Positions 9,003 through 17,105 of a stretch of DNA of 52,656 nucleotides are shown piece by piece. This DNA is from a virus (lineage: Duplodnaviria; Caudoviricetes), in the IMG/VR virus record IMGVR_UViG_3300049893_002244, positions 1-52,656 of that record. One strand, given 5' to 3'. Below the pieces are notes generated by a model, which saw only the letters and a program-made list of their open reading frames with translations, was not told the DNA's origin and searched no databases. How positions within the stretch are numbered: position 1 is the first letter of the stretch; each line of letters opens with the position of its first letter. The translations under genes were made by a program, and so were the position numbers.

Positions 9003-9145
9003 TGAGCATCATCCCGGCAGTAATCCACTCCACTATCTCTAGGAAAAGAGGTGGTGGGGGTGGAGGCGGCGGGGGTGATGGATGGAACTTTTTTGATTCC
9101 ATGCTCCTTGTCGCGCTCATTCTGCTCATCATCTTCTTTTGGTAA
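9002..9145 (+). CDS. small poly-Gly membrane peptide (47 aa)
   Basis: TGATG coupling; RKR-G9-DGW followed by a hydrophobic tail. Confidence 0.55.
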   Translation: MSIIPAVIHSTISRKRGGGGGGGGGDGWNFFDSMLLVALILLIIFFW

Positions 9146-9150
9146 GTTTC

Positions 9151-9180
9151 GAGCCCGCTCCCAAAAAGAGCGGGTTTTTT
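9151..9180 (+). terminator. intrinsic terminator
   Basis: gagcccgctc/gagcgggttt stem followed by a T tract. Confidence 0.85.
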
Positions 9181-9216
9181 GTTGACATTTATAAAAACGC
9201 GGGCATTCTCTTTCAT

Positions 9217-10359
9217 ATGAAGCTCGACCTATCACTCGCTGACGCTGAAAACTTTATGTGCCACCAACACCTGATTGGTGAGCATCAAGTTATGCTTATC
9301 CAGCCGGTGCATATCGGCTGCAACTGGACCAAGGACAACATGGTTTTCCGTTCGGTTGTCGTGGACGTTGAAGGCAACATCGTTTCTGCCTCGTTCAAGA
9401 AGTTCGTCAACTGGGGCGAGAAGCCTCACCTGACCCCGCCGCCGACCAATCTGGCGAACGCTCGCCTCATGGAGAAGCTGGACGGTTCGACCCTGATTTT
9501 CTCCCGCTACAAGGGCCACACTGTTATCCGCACTCGTGGCACCGTGGATGCTCGTAAGCAAGAGAACGGCTACGAGATTGACATCCTGTGCGAGAAGTAT
9601 CCGCGACTCCTTGAAACCTTGGAGTCAACCGACACTCACACTGAGTCATTCATCTTCGAGTGGACCTCTCCCTCGAACAAGATTGTGCTGAACTATGGCG
9701 ACGAGCCGGACATGGTGCTGACTGGCATCATCGACCACACCGACTATTCCTATATGTCGCAGGCTCACCTCGACGTTGTGGCGAAGTCGCTTGGTCTGCG
9801 TCGTCCGAAGACCTACTCCTACAACTCGGTTGAGGAGATGCAGCAAGCCGTGACCGACATGAAGGGTATGGAGGGTCTGTGCATTTACTTCCACAACGAC
9901 CAAGAGATTCTCAAGGTCAAGTCGGCACAGTATCTTTATCTGCACCGTGCCAAGTCGGAGATTTCCTCGGTGGAGAAAGTGATGGACCTGTATCTGTCCT
10001 ATCGGGACGAGCTTGGTCACACTCCTTCCTATCAGGAGTTCTTCGCCTACCTTGAGAAGATGTTCGATTACGAGATTGCGACGATGGCAATCTCCAACGT
10101 TTCCCAAATCGCTGACGCGATGAAGGAGGTTGAGAACATCCTCGACGGCATGAAGCGTTTCATCGAGTCAATCCGTGTGCAGAAGATTGGCAACTACACC
10201 GTCACCCTCAACGACCGTCAGGTTCGTCGTGGTGCTGCGGAGCGCATCATTCAGGCTTATGGCAACACTGGTCGCTCTGCGATGGTGTTCAAGATGCTTG
10301 ACGGCAAGCCGCTGGTTGCCGATGATTACAAGAAGCTCCTCTTTCAAGTCCTCAAGTGA
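9217..10359 (+). CDS. T4 Rnl1-like RNA ligase
   Basis: Nucleotidyltransferase motifs KFVN, EKLDGS (adenylated Lys), FEW, EG, KVKS. Confidence 0.85.
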   Translation: MKLDLSLADAENFMCHQHLIGEHQVMLIQPVHIGCNWTKDNMVFRSVVVDVEGNIVSASFKKFVNWGEKPHLTPPPTNLANARLMEKLDGSTLIFSRYKGHTVIRTRGTVDARKQENGYEIDILCEKYPRLLETLESTDTHTESFIFEWTSPSNKIVLNYGDEPDMVLTGIIDHTDYSYMSQAHLDVVAKSLGLRRPKTYSYNSVEEMQQAVTDMKGMEGLCIYFHNDQEILKVKSAQYLYLHRAKSEISSVEKVMDLYLSYRDELGHTPSYQEFFAYLEKMFDYEIATMAISNVSQIADAMKEVENILDGMKRFIESIRVQKIGNYTVTLNDRQVRRGAAERIIQAYGNTGRSAMVFKMLDGKPLVADDYKKLLFQVLK

Positions 10360-10703
10360 ACATCCAAACCGTCATCGATAACCTATCTCGCACCATTGAC
10401 GGCAAGAACCAGTTTCTTGCCGCTTTGGAGCGGGAAGGTTCCACTTTCAACCTTGGCATCGCCAAGATAGTCCGGCTCAATATCGAAGAGCTTGAACGAA
10501 TCAAGGCTGACCTTGAGGCGTGCCAAGTCAAATGGAAGGTCGAGTGCTGGTATCAATACAAGATTGGTAACGGCCCTTTTGAGCACAATCCCACTCGCGA
10601 CGTTTATTTCACAACCGAAGAGAAGGCCAACGAATATGCCCGAAACGCTGACAGCGGTTTTTCTGGCGATACTCGCTTTCGTTACAAGGTGGTTCCTGCT
10701 TGA
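10356..10703 (+). CDS. hypothetical protein
   Basis: GTGA overlap; stop lies in the next TTGAC. Confidence 0.7.
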   Translation: MNIQTVIDNLSRTIDGKNQFLAALEREGSTFNLGIAKIVRLNIEELERIKADLEACQVKWKVECWYQYKIGNGPFEHNPTRDVYFTTEEKANEYARNADSGFSGDTRFRYKVVPA

Positions 10704-10734
10704 CTTTTCATAACAATTCGTCACTCTAACTCAC

Positions 10735-11406
10735 ATGGGTTACACTCATTACATGAACAACAAGCCTGCCTTCACTGATGCTCAGTGGGCGGCTTTCTGT
10801 GCAGACGTTCGTGCCATCTTGGCCGAACATTCCGATGAAGTTGCCAACGCCAACGGCGTTGCGCGCAGCAAGCCCAGCATCACCCGAAACGAAATCTGTT
10901 TCAACGGCATCGAAGATGACTCTCACGAAACCTGCTGCGTTCGTCGTGGCCGGGTCAAGTTCGAGTTCTGCAAGACCGCCCGCAAGCCTTATGACAAGGT
11001 TGTGGTGAAGGTCTACAAGCTCGTCAAGAAGTATCTGCCGGAAACCAAGCTGCTGTCCGATGGCGGCGAGGCTGTGTTTGGCAACGTGGTTGTCGTGGAA
11101 GCTCCCAACGGCAAGAAGCTGACCTACTCTGCTGGCGATTGGTCCGTCAAGGTTGGCGATACCGTCATTCTTCCGCCGCTGTCCTATGACAAGTATGGCG
11201 ACGAGTGGAGCGCCAAGGTTGTTTCCACCGAAACCGACTATGAGGGTCGGTTGGTTGAAATCCTCGGAGTGGAGGAAGAGGTTAAGCCAAAGGCTTCGCT
11301 TGAGGATGAAATCGCCGTCATCATTCACAATGAGACCGGCGCGACTGTCAATCTCGACGTTGCGGCCAAGGAAATCATCTTGCTCGTCAAGTCCCGTTTG
11401 GAGTAA
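10735..11406 (+). CDS. phage hypothetical protein (MGYTHY...FCKTARKPYD type)
   Basis: Leaderless ORF with recurrent phage motif. Confidence 0.8.
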   Translation: MGYTHYMNNKPAFTDAQWAAFCADVRAILAEHSDEVANANGVARSKPSITRNEICFNGIEDDSHETCCVRRGRVKFEFCKTARKPYDKVVVKVYKLVKKYLPETKLLSDGGEAVFGNVVVVEAPNGKKLTYSAGDWSVKVGDTVILPPLSYDKYGDEWSAKVVSTETDYEGRLVEILGVEEEVKPKASLEDEIAVIIHNETGATVNLDVAAKEIILLVKSRLE

Positions 11407-11457
11407 TTTTGGTTGACGAAACCCGGGATAACCCCATAGTTATCCCTGTTCTTTGAT

Positions 11458-11532
11458 GCCGAGTTAGCTCAATGGTAGAGCACCTGTTTTGTAAACAGGC
11501 GGTTGTCGGTTCGAGTCCGACACTCGGCTCCA
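11458..11532 (+). tRNA. tRNA-Thr(TGT)
   Basis: Canonical cloverleaf GCCGAGT/ACTCGGC, CCTGT-TT TGT AA-ACAGG, TTCGAGT, CCA. Confidence 0.97.
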
Positions 11533-11535
11533 TAC

Positions 11536-11612
11536 GTCCCTATCGTCTAGTTGGTCTAGGACACCACCCTTTCACGGTGAGAACCCGGGTTCAAATCCCG
11601 GTGGGGACGCCA
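11536..11612 (+). tRNA. tRNA-Glu(TTC)
   Basis: GTCCCTA/TGGGGAC acceptor, CT TTC AC loop, TTCAAAT, CCA. Confidence 0.95.
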
Positions 11613-11644
11613 CTTTCAAGCGCCGGATTTTCGACCGACGCCTC

Positions 11645-11850
11645 GTAGATGGTAGCGCAGACCGAAACACTAGGAAATCATATTACCTCTGGGAATCCTG
11701 CTTCTCCTTATGTGCTGATGGGATTCAAACGAGCCAGCGGGCCATCTACTTTTAATTTCCGACTAAGCGCGCAAAAGTCGGCGCAGATTTGGTAGCTGCG
11801 TCAACAAAGACTCACCCGGGGCTGGCCCGACCGAAATATCGTGGCCACTA
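11645..11850 (+). ncRNA. unidentified structured RNA(s) downstream of the tRNAs
   Basis: gtagatgg/ccatctac closing stem of ~105 nt, then ccgact/agtcgg and cgcag/ctgcg hairpins. Confidence 0.45.
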
Positions 11851-11902
11851 TTTTTCAGTTTGTGCTTGCTTTTTATAACAGGACAGTCATTCTATATCAA
11901 TC

Positions 11903-12211
11903 ATGCCACTAACACTCGGAGAAGTTAAGACTGCTATCATCGTTGGCGACCTCGATGCCAACCTCGACGCCCTCAAGCAAGCCATCAAGACCCGCGAGGG
12001 TATGAAGGCCATCCAACTCAAGAGCGAACTCAGCATCGGTGACACGGTGTATTTCACGAACAAGGTGCGCCCTGCCTATATGGCCGGTGCCGCTGCCACG
12101 GTCAAGGAAATCAATCGCGTTCGCATCGTGGTTGACCTCGTGAAGCCCGCTGGTCGCTTCAACAAGAATGTCACGGTTCCCGTCGAACTGGTGACGACAG
12201 TGAAGCCCTAA
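11903..12211 (+). CDS. hypothetical protein (possible SH3-like barrel)
   Basis: Promoter-driven ORF; LSIGDTVYF..VKEINR pattern. Confidence 0.75.
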   Translation: MPLTLGEVKTAIIVGDLDANLDALKQAIKTREGMKAIQLKSELSIGDTVYFTNKVRPAYMAGAAATVKEINRVRIVVDLVKPAGRFNKNVTVPVELVTTVKP

Positions 12212-12254
12212 AAGGCTTGACTTTTGATAAGAACAGTATCACACTGTTCTTCCA

Positions 12255-12845
12255 ATCGTGAGGTGGGCCTCACAACAACTCCAACGCCGGGTAGGCCCGG
12301 CAATCACTTTCAGTTCTTTGTATACAAACACCGATAAGAGGGGCGTGTGAAATAAAACGCCGAAGAACTTCACCCTCTGATTGTGGGGACCGCTGGTCCC
12401 ACGGCGAGAGCCATCGGAAACCCAGCAAACAATTTCTATCCCTTAGAGCCGATGCCATGTGTGCTAGGATTGGGATATGTGGGGACGTTATACCCTGATG
12501 CCCGAAAGGGGGTTTATGGGAAGTTGCCACAAAGATTTCGGTGTAGCATGTGGCGTTAGGGGAAATCCCGAAGCGTCAAAGGAATGCAGCCTCACTTTGA
12601 ACGAGGAAGCGTGGGTTTCGAGCCCCACACACTGATTATGACCGAGCGCACCCGGGGTAAACTGGGGGGACCGTGGTGAAAATCCCGGCATCGTCCAAAA
12701 GCGGCGGTGTGGTGTAACTAAGAGGTCATTGGGGTGTCCTGAGCATGACGTTAAAAGGTTCTTGGCGTTCACGCGCCGTAAACACCTCTCTGCGTCCAAA
12801 ACCGGGCGGGAGTTCGTGAAGGTGGGGTAAAAGTCCCAAAACCAT
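12255..12845 (+). ncRNA. array of structured non-coding RNAs including a tRNA-Gln-like element
   Basis: Promoter 12217, boxA 12313, successive closed stems (ccgat/atcgg, tatccc/gggata, atgacc/ggtcat), no credible ORF. Confidence 0.6.
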
Positions 12846-12853
12846 TTCTTTCA

Positions 12854-13297
12854 ATGTTCAAATTCAACGACCAGCTATCCGTGGGTGGGAGCGGGGAAGC
12901 ATTCTTCCTTTCGCTCCATCCTTGGTTGAACAAGGCTGACGGCATCAAGTTTGACTTTGAACGCGACGGCAAGAGTGTCGAGTTGAAAACCGACACCTAC
13001 TCCATGAAGCGCACGCCAAACTTCTTCATGGAACGATACAGCGACACCGAGCGAGGAACGCTTGGTGGTCCGTGGCGAGCCGCCCGAGACAACGTAGACT
13101 ATTTCGTTTACATGTATGCCACCGAGAAGGTGTGCTTCTGGTTCGACAGCAAAGAGCTTGTAGCGTTTCTCGATGAGTATTGCAAGAGCAAGCGCCTCGT
13201 GGAGATTCCCAACAAGAGTTGGGTGACGACAGGATATCTCGTGCCACGCTCTGCTGTTGAGCATCTTGTGAAAGTTAAAAGTGGCAACAAAACTTGA
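12854..13297 (+). CDS. PD-(D/E)XK nuclease-like protein
   Basis: D...VELKTD...NFFME motif. Confidence 0.7.
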   Translation: MFKFNDQLSVGGSGEAFFLSLHPWLNKADGIKFDFERDGKSVELKTDTYSMKRTPNFFMERYSDTERGTLGGPWRAARDNVDYFVYMYATEKVCFWFDSKELVAFLDEYCKSKRLVEIPNKSWVTTGYLVPRSAVEHLVKVKSGNKT

Positions 13298-13328
13298 CAT
13301 TCATAAAAAGTCTGCCAAGATAAACGAC

Positions 13329-13448
13329 ATGAAACCTCGCTCCACTGTTGGCAAGAACCTGAACCTAACCACTCGTGTTGAGAAGCAGCGCCGTGGCACG
13401 GGCAGCTATTCCCGCAAGACCAAGTATGGTAAGCGGTGGGAGGACTGA
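13329..13448 (+). CDS. arfA: ArfA-like alternative ribosome rescue factor (39 aa)
   Basis: RVEKQRRGTGSYSRKTKY matches the ArfA core RVEKxKKGKGSYxRKxKH; leaderless after promoter 13294. Confidence 0.7.
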   Translation: MKPRSTVGKNLNLTTRVEKQRRGTGSYSRKTKYGKRWED

Positions 13449-13451
13449 GCC

Positions 13452-13634
13452 ATGAAGCACGAGTGGTGGGTATATTCCACCTGTCTTTCCACCGGCTGGC
13501 TTATGCTTGAGTGTGCTATCACCAAACAGACGGCATATGTCAAGAATCCCAGCAAGCAAGAATGGAGCGAAGCGTGGCGTGCTCCTAGCCATCCATATCG
13601 GTGGTATGATGAATCTCGGGTAGAACTTTCTTAA
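13452..13634 (+). CDS. hypothetical Trp-rich protein
   Basis: ORF in operon. Confidence 0.65.
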   Translation: MKHEWWVYSTCLSTGWLMLECAITKQTAYVKNPSKQEWSEAWRAPSHPYRWYDESRVELS

Positions 13635-13638
13635 CATC

Positions 13639-13788
13639 ATGGACAAACAAAAAATCAATCTCATCGGACGCTGGGCCATCATGGGCATTCTTGCTTGTGG
13701 TGGCGTGGCTTGTGTTTTCACTGGCAAGGCAGAATACGCTGTCGGCTTCGCGGTGGCGGCTTTCTGGTTCTGGATAATTACGGATTGA
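13639..13788 (+). CDS. small membrane protein (49 aa)
   Basis: Two hydrophobic segments; below the ORF-track cutoff. Confidence 0.6.
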   Translation: MDKQKINLIGRWAIMGILACGGVACVFTGKAEYAVGFAVAAFWFWIITD

Positions 13789-13825
13789 CCTTGACTTTTG
13801 ATAAAACTCGGTCACTTTAATAGAC

Positions 13826-14008
13826 ATGCCGAGATGCTTCAAACGAAACGGGTGGGTCTGGTTGGACAATGAACCAGTCTGTCTGAACATGGACACGAAG
13901 AAATCCGCCAAGCAGCTGGTCCGTGAACACATTCTCGACCAAGATGCATATATAAAACGCTTGACAGACCGTCTATCCCGCATCAAGAATACTCTCCATG
14001 CCTCGTAA
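13826..14008 (+). CDS. hypothetical protein
   Basis: Leaderless after promoter 13791. Confidence 0.65.
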   Translation: MPRCFKRNGWVWLDNEPVCLNMDTKKSAKQLVREHILDQDAYIKRLTDRLSRIKNTLHAS

Positions 14009-14678
14009 AGCCCAACCTCGCATCAAGCGCCCGTCTGGTATCGAACAGAGTGCCAACGGTAAATACTTCTACTGGAAGTGCAACATCAGCGGTCTCGAAA
14101 CCTTTGCTGACGAAAAGCGCTTCAAGGAAGTGGTCAAGAGCTACGGCGGCGAAGACAAGCTGTTCAAGGAATACGTGCTGCGTCCTGCACAGAAGTATAT
14201 CGATGCCGGGTTTGACGCGGAATATGTTCGCGAACTCGCCAAACGCTCCGGTGGCAAGAAGCTTCCTCGCATCGATGCTGGTGAGAAGGCCCGCAAGAAG
14301 GAAATCAAGGAACTGAACAAGGGCAAGAAGCGTGGTCGCAAACCGAAGCTCAAGAGTTTCGCCAATGGCGAGACGGTGGAGACGGTGGTTAACAGCGACG
14401 GCGTCTCCGAGGAAGTTGTGCGCAAGGTATACCCTTGGAGCAACAACCCCGACTATTTCAAGTCGCCGCCCGCGATGATGGAAATCAGCGAAGCCACGAA
14501 AGACACGTGCCTGTTTCCCAACCGATATCTCGACGATGCCTGCTACGGCTGTCCGGTTTACGCCAACTGCGCCTGCAAGCTCAAGATGGGTGAGGAGGAT
14601 TGGAAGCAGCCAAAAAAGAAGCAGGATGTCAAGATTACTCCGATTCGTGCGTTTGAGCCGGAAGAAATCGAATCTTGA
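13998..14678 (+). CDS. basic protein with Cys cluster (possible Zn-binding) and KKRGRKPK AT-hook-like motif
   Basis: CYGCPVYANCAC; KKRGRKPK. Confidence 0.75.
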   Translation: MPRKAQPRIKRPSGIEQSANGKYFYWKCNISGLETFADEKRFKEVVKSYGGEDKLFKEYVLRPAQKYIDAGFDAEYVRELAKRSGGKKLPRIDAGEKARKKEIKELNKGKKRGRKPKLKSFANGETVETVVNSDGVSEEVVRKVYPWSNNPDYFKSPPAMMEISEATKDTCLFPNRYLDDACYGCPVYANCACKLKMGEEDWKQPKKKQDVKITPIRAFEPEEIES

Positions 14679-14709
14679 CTTTGTATAACCCGTTGTCACT
14701 CTATGGCTC

Positions 14710-15120
14710 ATGGCTAACTACTATGAGTCCGCGAGGACAAATTACTTCCGCGTGAAGGACGTTGCTGCCTTCATCGCGTTCATCGAAACCGTGCCGGGGT
14801 GTGAGCATCACGCCTCGTTTAACAACCCCGACCAGTTTTGTGTTCTGTTCACTGACGAGACTGTGCCGAACAGTCGCTACAATGAAGAGACGCAGGATTA
14901 TGACGAGTTCGACTTCATGGATGAACTCGCTCCTCATCTCGCTGACGGAAGTATCGCGGTTCTTCAGGCATCCGGGCACGAGAAGCTGCGTTACATCACG
15001 GGATATGCAATTGCCATTGACAACACTGGCAAAAGCGTCAGCGTGAACATCGACAACATCTACGACCTTGCCAAGAAGAAATTTGGTAAGGAGGCTGAAA
15101 TCACTCAGGCACACTACTAA
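14710..15120 (+). CDS. conserved hypothetical protein (MANYYxxARTNYFRVKD type)
   Basis: Leaderless ORF with recurrent N-terminal motif. Confidence 0.8.
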   Translation: MANYYESARTNYFRVKDVAAFIAFIETVPGCEHHASFNNPDQFCVLFTDETVPNSRYNEETQDYDEFDFMDELAPHLADGSIAVLQASGHEKLRYITGYAIAIDNTGKSVSVNIDNIYDLAKKKFGKEAEITQAHY

Positions 15121-15184
15121 CAAAAAACGAGGGAGAACGAAAGTTCTCCCTTGACTTTTTATATATTTAAGTCAACCTAGTCCC

Positions 15185-15529
15185 ATGCTCACTCCTCTGA
15201 CTATTCGCCAACAGCAACTCATCGTCGCCTCGTTCCGCAAGGTGTTTCAGACGGACAACATCGAACACCTCACGAAGTCGGCCTACAACTTCATCTATCT
15301 TTCGAGCGGGTTCATCGCTCACTACAACCTCCACGGCTTCCGTGACCACTACGCGAACGTGAACGACCTCAAGCGAGCCATTGCTCGCAACTACGGTGCG
15401 AATCAGTGGCGCAACTTCCGCCCCGGCGAGCGCGACTACGAGTATCAGATGGCCAAGCGCGACTGCTACAACAGCATCGCCGCGCTGCTCGAAGCCGAAG
15501 GCTATGAACTCAATCAGGGCTTCTGGTAA
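15185..15529 (+). CDS. phage hypothetical protein (GFIAHYN motif)
   Basis: Leaderless ORF. Confidence 0.8.
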   Translation: MLTPLTIRQQQLIVASFRKVFQTDNIEHLTKSAYNFIYLSSGFIAHYNLHGFRDHYANVNDLKRAIARNYGANQWRNFRPGERDYEYQMAKRDCYNSIAALLEAEGYELNQGFW

Positions 15530-15530
15530 C

Positions 15531-16019
15531 ATGGAAAAAGCCGACATCATTTCCGCTGTGCGGGGTCTTGACCACGAAACTCTCAAGACCCTTCTTCCCA
15601 TCGTTCAGGCCGAACTGGACCGCAAGAACCCTGAGAACATCGAGCGTGACCGCCGCATGAATGCGTTCTGGGCTGAACAGAAGCGCAAGAACGATGCTCG
15701 GGAATCCGAGCGGGCTGCGCTCGTTGGGGTTTTCAAGGCAAAGCTGGTCCCGGGTATGCTCCTCAAGATGCGTGGCTGTCGGGATGGTGGTGGACTGCGC
15801 GAGTTCATCAAGTGGGACGGTGACAAGGTTGTGTGCTGGCAGGTTGTTTCGCGCCGCTGGTGGAAGGCCACAGGTCGGGGCGATTCCGGCAGCTATGTCA
15901 CCACTTTCGAGAACACCCATCAAGCAACGACGCACATGGTTGACAAGATTGCTGGTGTCTATATCACTGGAACCAGAACGCTTGTGAAGACGGCACAGAT
16001 TGTCGCCGGTTCTTCTTGA
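15531..16019 (+). CDS. hypothetical protein
   Basis: ORF ending in the TGA of the next TTGAC. Confidence 0.75.
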   Translation: MEKADIISAVRGLDHETLKTLLPIVQAELDRKNPENIERDRRMNAFWAEQKRKNDARESERAALVGVFKAKLVPGMLLKMRGCRDGGGLREFIKWDGDKVVCWQVVSRRWWKATGRGDSGSYVTTFENTHQATTHMVDKIAGVYITGTRTLVKTAQIVAGSS

Positions 16020-16050
16020 CATTTATAAATAATCCGTCACTCTTGTTGGT

Positions 16051-16440
16051 ATGAAAGCTACCAAGAGCAACGTTCTCTCCTTCGTCAAGAATCAGCTGGC
16101 GACCAACCGTGCTTGGGCGCTCAAGGGTCTGGTCCGCATCTTCGAACGTCAGACTGCCGACGAGCAGAGCAGCGAAAGCACCAGCCACGACAACGGCATT
16201 GGCTTCACTGGTGCGGACGCCAATTTTCTCACCAGCCTCGCCAAGCAGTATATGCAGCGCGGCAGCTTGAGCGACAAGCAGATGGCTTTCGTCTTCAAGA
16301 AGATGCCGAAGTATGCGGGCCAAATCGTCAGCATCAGTGACGTGGCCAAGCTCAACAAGATGGTCGAGGCCACCCCGGTTCGCGTCTATCCGAGCTTCAA
16401 CGCATATCTCCGCGACAATTTTCGCAGTGAGTGCGAGTGA
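16051..16440 (+). CDS. conserved phage hypothetical protein (QTxDEQ..NGxGF..LSxKQ)
   Basis: Leaderless ORF with recurrent motif. Confidence 0.8.
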   Translation: MKATKSNVLSFVKNQLATNRAWALKGLVRIFERQTADEQSSESTSHDNGIGFTGADANFLTSLAKQYMQRGSLSDKQMAFVFKKMPKYAGQIVSISDVAKLNKMVEATPVRVYPSFNAYLRDNFRSECE

Positions 16441-16478
16441 GACTTGACTTTTATAACAAATCATTCAGTCTGGTTTCA

Positions 16479-17069
16479 ATGAAAGTCGTCGCCACTCTTC
16501 CTATCAAGGAGACGCTGTATCGCAGTCTCCGTGTCAGCAAAAACCGCAGCATTGTAATTGAGGGCAAGCGGTTCAGCATCGCCAACCTCACAACCTTTGC
16601 GATTCATGGGTGCAAGTGTGTGCGCTGTGGCCGTGAGGGTAATCAGCTTCTCGCGTGGATTGACAACGGCGGCGGGCATCACGTTGACCTGTTCAGTGTG
16701 AATCCTGCGGAGAAGTTTCATCCCAAGCATGTGCTCATGAACCGGGACCATATCATCCCCAAGAGCAAGCACGGCGGCAACACAAACTGGAACTACCAGC
16801 CGATGTGCGTCAAGTGCAACTCCAAGAAGGGTAATAACGAGTGTGCTCGGGACAAGAAGCTCAGTCTCTTCCGCAACCACTGGAAGAAGATTTACATGCG
16901 GACTCACGAGTTTTTCACCCGCTATGTTCTGCGCCATCTGCACAAGCATCCTGCGCTTTACAGCTTTGGGCAGACGGTTCGTGAGGTTCATCTGCACAAG
17001 ATTACCTTTGTGCTCGCCAAGTTCACTTCACCTTTCGCCACGCTGGAATCTCACGGACGAGTGATTTGA
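16479..17069 (+). CDS. HNH endonuclease
   Basis: CxxC...DHIIPKSxxGGN..N..CxxCN.KKG. Confidence 0.85.
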   Translation: MKVVATLPIKETLYRSLRVSKNRSIVIEGKRFSIANLTTFAIHGCKCVRCGREGNQLLAWIDNGGGHHVDLFSVNPAEKFHPKHVLMNRDHIIPKSKHGGNTNWNYQPMCVKCNSKKGNNECARDKKLSLFRNHWKKIYMRTHEFFTRYVLRHLHKHPALYSFGQTVREVHLHKITFVLAKFTSPFATLESHGRVI

Positions 17070-17105
17070 ATTGACTTTTATAAAAAATAACCCACTCTCT
17101 CAGCA

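Larger units (their letters stand above)
6026..12320 (+). promoter_or_regulatory. five boxA-like antitermination elements (GTTCTTTR)
   Basis: At 6026, 6290, 6633, 11448 and 12313, all at the head of non-coding RNA units. Confidence 0.65.

Noticed and set aside
8992-9216. Minus-strand poly-Pro ORF
   Set aside because: Mirror of the plus-strand poly-Gly membrane peptide 9002-9145, which is translationally coupled and followed by a terminator.
16479-17069. HNH gene as part of a self-splicing intron or other mobile element
   Set aside because: It is free-standing between two cassette promoters and interrupts no gene.
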